Assembly (NCBI RefSeq): GCF_006345805.1
Contig: NW_021824720.1
Location: forward strand, 1-17,843
Length of the DNA: 17,843 bases
Reading direction: 5' to 3'
Source of the DNA: Octopus sinensis
Lineage: Eukaryota
This document shows, in pieces, positions 8,480-17,770 of the stretch (its first letter is position 1; each line of letters opens with the position of its first letter). The translations under genes were made by a program, and so were the position numbers. Below the pieces are notes generated by a model. That model was not told the origin of the DNA, did no database searches, and was given only the letters and a program-made list of their open reading frames with translations.

Positions 8480-9595
8480 TTAGTTTATTTAAATTTATTT
8501 ATTTTATTAAAACATCAAGATCACGGCAAAACCGAACAAAAGTCACGTGATCCAGATGCACTCAACCAGGGACTTCATCTTCGCTCGGTGATCTTCCCAC
8601 GAGTCCACACAAGTCGGGCGGCTGGCCGTATTTTTCGGGGCATTTGCAAACAGATTGAGGTTCAGCTTGATTGGGTCTTTCAGAGGAGCCGGACCGGAGC
8701 GTTTGTTATCGTGCGACCAACGTTTGGTTGATCTATGGGCTTTTTGTTGGATTTCTTCAATTCTTCTCCTGTTAGATTACGATAATCTCCGACCCCATTA
8801 TCTGCAGGCGAAGGAAATAGGCGGTTCAAAGTATTGACGGTAAATATTAGCCAATTCCGGGTGGGAACCGTTTTTCCATAAACCGGATAGGCTTCTGAGC
8901 ACGTTCATTTTTTTCTCACATTTACGAAGGAGGTTGTCTGCGTGCGGGGAGAAGCAGCGTGAGGTTGACGTTGTGGTATAGCCATTGCTCTTGCTTCCAG
9001 AATAATCATTTGATTTAGTTAAAGTTGTACAGATTGCAGTTCTTTAGTTTCGAGTTCAATATCTCTCGGAACCATGCCCGGTTCGCCGCATTGTAATTGT
9101 ATGGAATGGGAACTTTTTGATCTTCACCGCGATCGGATTGTGGTTGCTTCTTGTTGCATAGAAGACTGACCACTTCGTAGATAATGCGAGGGATGAAGAG
9201 CATAGAGCTACATCGGATGACGTAGGTTTATCAGTCACTCTGAGTGGGATCCTTGTGTTCCTCGAAGGATCGTTCAGAATTGTAAAGGAGTCCATTTGGG
9301 AAAGTATCTGCCAACTAGGTTGAAAACAACAAATGAATTTCATTTTGGTAGGCATGAATATATTCTAATGACAAATATTTCTGGTTTAATAAATATAAAG
9401 ATATATGTGCTGATTTTGATGCGTATCTCATTGATATAGAAATTGAATTTAACAAAAACCCACCCTTTTCAAGAACTCTTCCTATGCCCAGCTAGCAACT
9501 ACTTATGCTTACCAATGAGTGAACCTTCCGCACTAAGAGAGTACACTACTCTAACCAATAATCCCGAGACGTGAGTCACGCCGGACGTGAGTCAC
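8480..9595 (-). mobile_element. Internally deleted APE-type LINE (I/Nimb-like), copy 2
   Basis: Endonuclease C-terminus FTILND..TRIP..SSDVALCSSSLALSTKWSVFYATRSNHNPI (9056-9355 ORF) and linker YNYNAANRAWFREILNSKL. It then jumps to the RT thumb ADNLLRKCEKKMNVLRSLSG..LANIYRQYFEP. Stop at 8543-8545, TAAA-rich tail ~8480-8510. Extension of the 5' end to 9595 is inferred. Confidence 0.75.
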
Positions 9596-10250
9596 TTGGT
9601 CAGTATTGTCAGGTATTTAGTTAAATTATTCGATTTCAGTCCAAAAAATTGCTAGCTACGAGGCCGGTTATCACTCCTATTATTGCAAGAGGCCCAAGAG
9701 ATAGGTAAATTGCTGATTTGATAGATTTAAGAGGATATTCAGAAATAAATAACAGCTTTAAATGGGTATTTATCACGATTTATCCAGATTCTCGTTTTAA
9801 TTGACTCGTTTTCAAAATATGGTGTTGTAGAACTTGAGAAAACCAAATGCGCCACAGAAATAGTGCTTATTATTGAAAACATTTTTATGATGATTGGAGC
9901 TCCATTAATCTTGCAAACAGATAATGGAAAGGAGTTCAAAAACAATATGATGGAGGAAATGTGTACAAAGTTTGGCCCTGAGCACATATGTGGAAGACCA
10001 CGTGCCCCATGGATACAAGGTCAGGTAGAACGGTATATTTATTTTGTTAATTTTAAGATTTAACCAATTTATAAAACGATGGATCTCTTCTACAAGCGCT
10101 TCAAATGGAATGTTTGAAGAATATCATGCAATTATTAAAAGAATTGTCTACGAATATAATAATTCAAACATGACGCAACAAAGCATATTCCATTTAACAT
10201 TTTTATTGGAGTGGGATATGAAAAAAAACTAGATGATTACTTGAACCCAC
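9596..10250 (+). pseudogene. Ginger-like / KRBA2-type retroviral-fold integrase (DDE) with three mini-introns
   Basis: Spliced: YCQ|SKKLLATRPVITPIIARGPRDR*IADLIDLRGYSEINNSFKW|ILVLIDSFSKY...GAPLILQTDNGKEF...GRPRAPWIQGQVER|FNQFIKRWI...IVYEYNN. Introns 9613-9639(27), 9766-9787(22), 10033-10057(25). In-frame TAA at 9706-9708. Confidence 0.85.
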
Positions 10251-10430
10251 TTAGTCAAAACAGAAGCAAAAACATGATTAGTTTCATCCACGGTTTAAAT
10301 TATTAATAAAACAGACTTAACTTTAAGTGAAAAAGAAAACTTGCCGATATCGCGCGCTGAAATGAATTTTCTTTTCACATAATATCTTATTTGTACTTAA
10401 TTATTAAAGATATTAAAGAAACTTCGTGTA

Positions 10431-10482
10431 CAGTAAACATCGGTTAATTGCATAACATGTATCCACGGAAAATTTTATGGAA
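10431..10482. mobile_element. Orphan pogo/Tigger-type terminus
   Basis: TA|CAGTAAACATCGGTTAATTGCATAA followed by an imperfect inverted copy TTATGGAATTA, the same design as the other pogo ends here. No identical partner in the window. Confidence 0.5.
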
Positions 10483-10496
10483 TTATTCATTATTTT

Positions 10497-13400
10497 AAAT
10501 TTTTCCCAATAATAAATTAATAGTTAATCAGAAACTAAGCAGATCTCACTCCAGCTCGCTGATATCCACTCTCCTTCTCTTGGAAGAAGAGTCTACTTCC
10601 AGCTGCCTCTTACTCCCCACTACCACATCTGATTCAACCATTGCATCTTCTTTAGCATTCATTGGGTCGTCTTCATTTTGCATGCCATCTCCACATACCG
10701 GTTGGAAATCAGAAGCGTATTCTTCACCAGATACCTTCATTCCGTGCTTGTGTTCGATCATCATACTCTCGAGCGTTCTTTTCAGTACAACGGATTGGAT
10801 GTATGTCCTCGTTCCTGCTTCAATAGATAGTTTCTTCATATAATTTTTGAAGCATTTCGAGACAACTCCATCCCATGTCATAACCACAGGAATTATTTTT
10901 ACTTGACAGCTATACAGAAGCGAAAGCTCACTTGCCAATAGGTCATACTTGTGACACTTTTCAACCTCCACTTGCTTGAGGCGATCCTGTGAAGTAATAC
11001 CCACTTCAATTAGATTTATTTCGTTTCTGACTTTGTCGTGGACAAAGATATCTGGCTTGTTATATTCTACTTTTGTTTCGGTGAGGATTGTAGAATCAAC
11101 CCTGATTTCAACTTTTCCCGTCGACAGTGTTGACTGAACAGAATGTCCCTTCAATCGTCTTGCTTTTTTGAGTCCATACATTCGGCACAAGTTAAGGTGA
11201 ATACACTTCACAACTTCGTTGTGTCTCCGGAGATAATCACTGTTGAGCATTTTACCCCACTGAGTAGCCATGTGGTCAACAGTTTTCTTGCTTTTCTTAC
11301 AATGATTGCATAATGAGTCAGCGGATGCAAAGAACAAGTTTCGATCTTGCAAAAGACAATACAATGCTTCGCTTCGTGGCCCATTATTTCCATTAGATAG
11401 CCATTCTGAGGATGCAGGTAAATCAACATTAGATTCATCCACATATTTGAAAAGCACAGAATGTAGTGCTTTAGAACTAATTTTCTTTTGTAAATATTGT
11501 ATCTGACTGGACTTTAGAGACTCCATAGTAATACTCTTCTTATCAATAATTGCATATTTGGAGGATAGAAATCCTGCGATCATAGCCAAATGCCATTTAT
11601 TCATTTTAATTACACGCAGAATCCCCGCCCTCCGTAAGCATATAGTTGACATATTTTCCAGACTCGTAAGGAACTGAAGAGCATTAGTTCACTTTTGAAA
11701 GTAACTGATGAAAGCCCTCTTCCAAGAGCCTTCCGGTTTAAATACAGTCTCTCTTTATTTGCAGGTTTGAGATGTAATCTGAGCGACGTAAGCAATTGGC
11801 GTATTTGTCTGTCAATATCATCAAATTCAGAAGGTTCAATATTGATTAGCCCAATATAATAATTATATAGTAGTAACAATGCATATTCATTTATAGCACG
11901 AAACAGATTCACAGAGTTGAGTTTTGTTTTCGATAGCATAGTTATCCTCTTCTTAACATTCTCCAAGATAGAGTCCATAACTCTATTCTTAAGAACATTG
12001 CTTCCACCATCTTCAAGTACACCCAAATACCGATATCCATTGATTCCGTCAATAGTCTTACAACATGGTAATGATTCCAAATTAGACGCTGATTTTTCTG
12101 AATTCATCTCCAAACCAACAATTTTAAAAAATCCGTTAACAGCTTCCATCATTTTGAGTAAAGTGTCTTGTTTGAGAGCAAATATTTTTAGATCGTCAAT
12201 AAATAGCAAATGATTAGTAGAATATGTTAACATATTGGGATCTTCCTGGTTAATTTCAAGTTTTGGAAACACGGAATTAAGGATCCTGCTTAGAGGATCT
12301 AATACCATAACAAATAGTAAAGGAGACAATGAGTCTCCCTGTAAAATTCCTCGGTTTAACTTCACTGATCCAATTCTTCTACCTTCCATATGCAGCTTTA
12401 CTGCCCACTTCTTAACTACGCTCTTCACAAAGTTCACGATCCAAAGCGGGATTCCAGAACAATCCAAAACGTGAAACAAAAAATCATGATCAACTGAGTC
12501 ATATGCTTTCTTCACATCGACCCAAGCAGAATAAAGGCCATTCCCGTACTCCTTGTTCAAACATTGGTTAATGAGAGCTTGCTCCTTGGCGCCTTGACAA
12601 TACTTCCTCGTTCCAAGTTGGTTGTCTGAAATTAGGCCAAATGCCTCGACAAAATCAGCCAGTTTTACATTAACACATTTGGTGACAAGTTTATACAATG
12701 TCGGCATACACGTTATAGGACGTAAGTCCTTCGGGGTCTCACAATCATCTTTTTAGGAATCAAATATGTTATTCCAGTGTAAAACCAACTTTCAGGCATG
12801 TACTCTCCATTAATTATTCGGGTTATCTCGTGACACAGAAATCCATGTAATGACTCCATCTTCTTAATGAAAAAGTTATATATCCCATCACATCCACATG
12901 CCTTCCAGTCAGGAAGATACTTAATAACATTTCCAAAAAACTCTTCCGTAAACTCTGGAAGCATATGTTCAGCACAAGTAGTTCGTTTTCCAACAACGTC
13001 ATAAGATTGAGGCCTCCCATTTCTCTCGCTCCAGACTTTTTGCCAAAAGAGACACATTCTTCATCATCAAATCCATACAGCGTCACTTCCTCTTTCTTTG
13101 TTAAGTCTCGATAGAATTTTTTTCGATTTAATTCAAAGCACTGATTATCCTTACAAATTGCTTCCTTGAATTATGAACTTCTATTTTCTTATTGTTAATC
13201 CTAATCAGGTCTTGCAATAATATCTGAATCCTCGACAGCTCACCTTTCTTAGTTTTCTTATACCCATAGCGACAGAGAACATCCATTACCTTTTGCTTTT
13301 CAGATGGAGGTAGTGTTTGATTGGAATGGGAATTAACAATTTCCAATTCTGCAGATAATTTTGAAATTTTCTTTTCAATATTTTCTACCCATGTGCTCTG

Positions 13401-14103
13401 TGCTTTGTCTCTCATGGTTAGAGATAAATACGCACATTGAGCAGCATATAGAATATCAGAAATGCTATTGATATCATTAGGATGATTATCTTTCGTAAAT
13501 AATATATCGCCGAATTCAATCCTGTCAATATATCAGTTTTCAAATATTTATTTTGAATTTTTGGAGTTGGTTTACGTGAATCCCTTGGAATCGATTCAAT
13601 ATTCTTAATTTGTATATTCAACTCTTCTAGACACTTTCTAAAAGTGGAAATTTCTGAGCTCTCAAGAATTGCTTCTGATGGCAATTGCTTCCATAATTAT
13701 TATCCACTCTCATTGGTTTAACCATTCCTTTGAGTTGACTGAGACTTGCACTCTTCGAGAATTTTGAATTAACTTCTTCACGGATAAGGTTCCATCCACC
13801 TCTTGGTATCCTCCCAATTCTTTGCTTCGTGGCATAAACAATCTGAGACCCCCACTCAGCTTCAGAAACACAAATAGCATCATCGATAATGGCCGAAAGG
13901 GAATGCAAGTTAGTTGGGATAGTAGATTCCCAGCAATTGGATTGTCATAAATACTAGTCCTTGTGCTGTTATCCAGCCCCAGAGACGACACTCCCTGCAC
14001 TTGTTATGTTATTTTTATCCTTTTTCGCAGGAAGGCCCCTAGGATTCGATTTCCTCATATCATTAGGAACGGACATGCACAACACCACAACAACTAATTC
14101 TTT
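10497..14103 (-). mobile_element. Near full-length R4/Dong-like non-LTR retrotransposon (single ORF: Myb-like, RT, CCHC, RLE), frameshifted
   Basis: Probable ATG at 14074-14076. N-terminal IVYATK..GGWNLIREEVNSKF..QLK (Myb-like). RT motifs MPTLYKL, QLG..QGAKEQ, WVDVKKAYDSV, GILQGDSLSPLLF, LLFIDDLK, YRYLG. Zinc knuckle CNHC..TVDHMATQ(W). RHNEVV, and RLE NKPDIFV..LIEVGIT..EKCHKYD. Stop at 10546. Boundaries are approximate. Confidence 0.9.
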
Positions 14104-14167
14104 TTATTCTTTATTTGAAATAAAATGGTTTATTTAAAACAATAAATAATTTCCACATTTATTAACC

Positions 14168-15096
14168 ATGCGGAAGTGTACTCGGTTATCTTTTGAGGAA
14201 AGCAAGAGATTTTAAATTTCATTGATGAAAATAAGGCTCTTAGCTTAAATCGAATTGCCTCAATTTTCTCGATTATTTTGAAGAAAAAAATTTCCAGAAG
14301 ATACCTAAACGATCTAAAAATACATAAAAGCGAAATAGCCTCTACTAATCTAATTTTTGGGGGAAAAAGTCGTTTATCTTGCGGAAAATTCCCTGCACTA
14401 GAATCGGAAGTTGTATCTTGGCTCGAGAAAATAGAATTGGCTGGAGGATTTCTTGATGACAATGCAATTTTATTAAAAGCAAAAAGTATTGCAAGATTAC
14501 ATGGAATAACTGATTTTATGGGAAGCAATGGATGGCTTTCCAGATTCAAACAGAGAAACAATTTAGATTATTCCATGGAGAATCTGGCTCAATAACTGAA
14601 AATCTAAATGAGCAAATTGAAAAATTTCAAATAATTTTATCTACGAAATTACAACAATATGATCGTGAAAATGTTTACAATGGTGACGAAACTGGTGTTT
14701 TTTATAAAAATGTTCCTTCAAAAAGCATTTGTTCCTTCAATTCAAATGATCAATCAATTAATCGAAGATACGATGTTTACTAAAAAAACAACATTGAACG
14801 ATTATTTTAGTCTAAATTCGTAATTTGACTCTTTATTTTCGAAATAATGATTTTTTTATTATTTTGTGAATATAAATGATTTTTATTGGCTTCGCCATTC
14901 GCGAAACTGGCCGGGTGTCTCGTGAGGCCTTTAATTAACTTAGCTATCTTTAATTTCTTTCTTGTTTAAAAAAAATAATAAAAAAATAATAAAATTTGAT
15001 TAAAATTTGATATTGATTATTCAGTTACTCGCCAAATTCAGTTACTCGCCATTTTTGGCTTGGTCCCAAATTTGGCGAGTTAACGGGGTTTGACTG
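14168..15096 (+). mobile_element. Second pogo/Tigger-like element: truncated transposase plus right terminus
   Basis: ATG 14168 (MRKCTRLSFE), FPALESEVVSW, FMGSNGWLSRFKQRNNL, FHGESGS, YDRENVYNGDETGVFYK; truncated at ~14780. Right TIR TGGCGAGTTAACGGGGTTTGACTG (15073-15096) followed by TA. Confidence 0.85.
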
Positions 15097-15099
15097 TAA

Positions 15100-15849
15100 T
15101 TAGTTCAATTGGTTAATATACAAATCATTATTAGATAATAAAATTGAAAAGAAATAACATCAATACTTGAATATCATCTTGAAAACAATCCACTTGATAA
15201 TTTTCTTCTAAGTCTGATAATAAAAGACCTGGAAAATTTCAAGACAAAATTTGATGATTACTTTCCTGTTGAAGATCCAATTCCAAACTGGATCGTTCAA
15301 CTTTTCTTGACTTAATTTAAAGAATATCAGGAACAATTTTCAGCCGAGCTTGATTGAAATTAATCAGTTTACTCAGTTTATTTTCAAATGTACTTCATTA
15401 TTGGATTTTTGGTATTTTCATTAATAATTACTTCTTATTTTTAGCTATCAAATGGCGAAAGAATTCCCCATTTTGAGTAAAACTGCATTGAAATCAATAC
15501 CTGTATTTCCAACTACTTATCACTGTGAAATGGAATTTTCTTGGATGACTTTTCCAAAAACACAATATAGAAATAGATTATGTATGATACAGTATGATAT
15601 GCGAATATCTTTGTCGAACATAGAGCCTGACATAAGTAAAATTATTTCAAACAAATCAGAAATCAACTGAATTACTGCTAAATTATTTGTTATTTTGATG
15701 ATTTTCATGTTATTTTTATATAATAAATAATCGAACATGTCTAAACCTGCCACTACGTTAGTAGAAAAAAAATATATTATTTAAGGTGGTCCCCACAAAA
15801 TTTTATAGTATAAAGTGGTCCCCAGTCTAAAAAGATGTGAGAACCGCTG
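15100..15849 (+). mobile_element. hAT (Buster/Charlie-like) element 3' part: transposase dimerisation domain plus right terminus
   Basis: FDDYFP..PNWIVQ, LLDF|..MAKEFPILSKTALKSIPVFPTTYHCEMEFS..KTQYRNRL..DMRISLSNIEPDISKI. Subterminal GTGGTCCCCA x2. End reads CAGCGGTTCTCAC.. on the minus strand from 15849. Flanking 8-mer GTTTAATA fits nnnTAnnn. Probable 33-nt intron at 15412-15444. Confidence 0.85.
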
Positions 15850-16169
15850 GTTTAATAATTTAAATCATTGATTTTTTGTGTTGATTAGAATCAAATAATT
15901 TAAATCAAACAGCTCTGATTTAAACGATCATGCTGTTCATGCCTAAACGATATTTTGGTCACGTAAAATTAATTATTTGTGAGGACTAGCGTAGGTTTCC
16001 TCAATGCTGTCTTTACTCTCCTTAGTCAAATTGGCGGTGTTTCTCTCCGATGCCTTTTCATGAAGGAATTTGTAGGTTTTGTGGTCGGGGATTGTCCCAA
16101 TACTGACTTACTCGTCGAATTTCTAAATCTGAAGTTCCACTAATCATTAACTTAGCTGAAATTTATACC

Positions 16170-16430
16170 ATTTTATATGGATGTCCAATTTTTATCTTTG
16201 TTTTTTAATACTAGATGAACAGGTTTACACCAACTAATAAAGACACTCTCAATACTGTCCCACAAACTTCTCCAGGTGCCTCTCCTCTTTGCAAATTCCC
16301 TCAGGTTGTCGAGATCATCAGCATTTTCGAGTTTCCTTCCAATAATTTTGAGATCCTGATTTAGCACCGATGGGAGTGTTGTCCTTGGTCTTCCTCGGAA
16401 TGCGTCTCGGTGTTTCGTTGTTGTGGTGTT
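16170..16430 (-). mobile_element. 3' end of an RTE-like LINE
   Basis: FRGRPRTTLPSVLNQDLK..LREFAKRRGTWRSL resembles the GRPR.TW..DL..A.DR..WR C-terminus of RTE-clade ORFs. Confidence 0.55.
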
Positions 16431-16599
16431 GCTTTTCTCGAACGGTGATTATTATTTGTTTGTTATTGAATATTAAAAAAATAATTTCGTATATGCATTT
16501 TATTGGAGACTAAATATCGAAGACATGTAGAATATCTTGAAAAAAGTTATTTTACAAGTTAATTGTGTACTTTTTATTAATAATTTAATTTCAATAAAT

Positions 16600-17142
16600 A
16601 ATAACTGTAAACGAAAACAGAGAGAAAGAGAGTTAACAAAGGACTTCCCCTCCTCGTAGATGGAGAAACAGTTTCCACGTACAATGGCAAGGGAATCCTC
16701 TGAAGGAGCATCCACACTCACGCGTGTCGTTTCTCTTGCGAGAAATCAGACGACCAGCTTTTTGAGGAAAATGAGTGACTGTCACCGATTACGCCAGAGG
16801 TCTCCACGGCGATCGGGGTAAACAGATAGCGTTCCGAGAGATTGGTGTACTTTGAATCTTTAATTCTTCTGCTCTGCGAGAAGCAGAGCCAGCTGCGACA
16901 GCTGAAGGAGGAAGATTTAGTTCAGAAAAAGTATCTGAGCAAGTTGCATCCCATCATCAGCGATTTCCGAACTCGAATGGGAAGGTGGATAGACCGTCAG
17001 GCCTCTTTCCGTCTCCCCTAGCAAGCCCAACTGGTTCGAGAATTGATGGGATTCCGGCAGCTTTGAGCCCCCTCAGGACGACGTCATTTAGGGCAGCGTG
17101 GCGTGGGGCACGCCCAGCACTGCGTCTGCAGCACTGCGTACA
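16600..17142 (-). mobile_element. 5'-truncated CRE-like non-LTR retrotransposon (RLE domain)
   Basis: [90 protein letters not shown], a PD-(D/E)xK endonuclease distinct from the R4-like family. Confidence 0.85.
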
Positions 17143-17191
17143 GTTATTATTTTCAAAAAATTTAATTTCAATTGAATGCAACTCTTTAAAT

Positions 17192-17260
17192 CAGGCATTC
17201 CCAACATTTTTTTGTTCATCGCCCCCTTAGATATTTTATTGCCCCCTTGTTGTATATAAC
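17192..17260 (+). mobile_element. hAT (Buster/Charlie-like) terminus
   Basis: CAGGCATTCCCAACATTTTTTTGTTCATCGCCCCCTT with a repeated GCCCCCTT. Preceded by the 8-mer CTTTAAAT (nnnTAnnn). Confidence 0.6.
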
Positions 17261-17519
17261 TCAAAAATCAAAATATAAAACAATAAATCAAATGTAAAAT
17301 TGAATTTTTATTAAAAATTATTAGTGAGCACCTACAACTACATATAAATAAATATTAAATAACCATTTCTCAGAACAATTGTGTAATAGATGAACTCTAC
17401 ATGTGACATGGAATGAATTGGGTTAAAGATTTTTAAGTATTTCGTAAGCTAAAATTTAAACAAAAAATTACCTGATTTCATATAATTTGCGCATTTAAAA
17501 TTAACAAAAGGAAATTTTC

Positions 17520-17720
17520 GTTTTGAATCAAATTATTCCAAGTGCATCGTCGCCTATCTTCGCAATCATGTTCTTCTTAGGAGGAGATTCTATCGACTTA
17601 AACAATGTCAGGTATGTTGTTTTAGGGAAATTTAACGATCCAATCATCACAGCAACGTATCTGTGGAATCTGTGTGTATTAGATGTCATGACGCCGTCAG
17701 TTTTCAAACCTAATCGGAGC
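17520..17720 (-). mobile_element. Possible degenerate RTE-like LINE 3' fragment
   Basis: LK..G-VM..HRF...PKTTY...EDRR..WNNLI loosely resembles RLKWYGHVMR..GRPKTTW..DR..W. Weak. Confidence 0.3.
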
Positions 17721-17770
17721 TTCTGGCACAGGCAGCCCCTGGAAATCAAACCCAGGACCAATCAGATTAA

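Noticed and set aside
5462-9708. Ciliate origin or a reassigned TAA codon (tiny introns; in-frame TAA at 5462-5464 and 9706-9708)
   Set aside because: Gln is encoded by CAA/CAG throughout POLD1, TAG ends the gene at the expected position, and only isolated TAAs occur amid many other lesions.
10580-12474. Plus-strand ORFs at 10580, 11306, 11917 and 12235, and similar ORFs opposite POLD1 and the transposases
   Set aside because: They are antisense or off-frame shadows of recognised coding sequence with no independent motifs.
15985-16150. Moderately GC-rich segment with short open frames on the minus strand
   Set aside because: No recognisable motif or boundaries; cannot be supported as gene or TE without a search.
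14080-16431. Exact 15-bp inverted match CAACACCACAACAAC (14080-14094) / GTTGTTGTGGTGTTG (16417-16431)
   Set aside because: Low-complexity, and one such match is expected by chance in a window this size. No TSD or shared element.
15849-17192. The two hAT termini as ends of one element
   Set aside because: They face away from each other, differ in sequence and have different flanking 8-mers.
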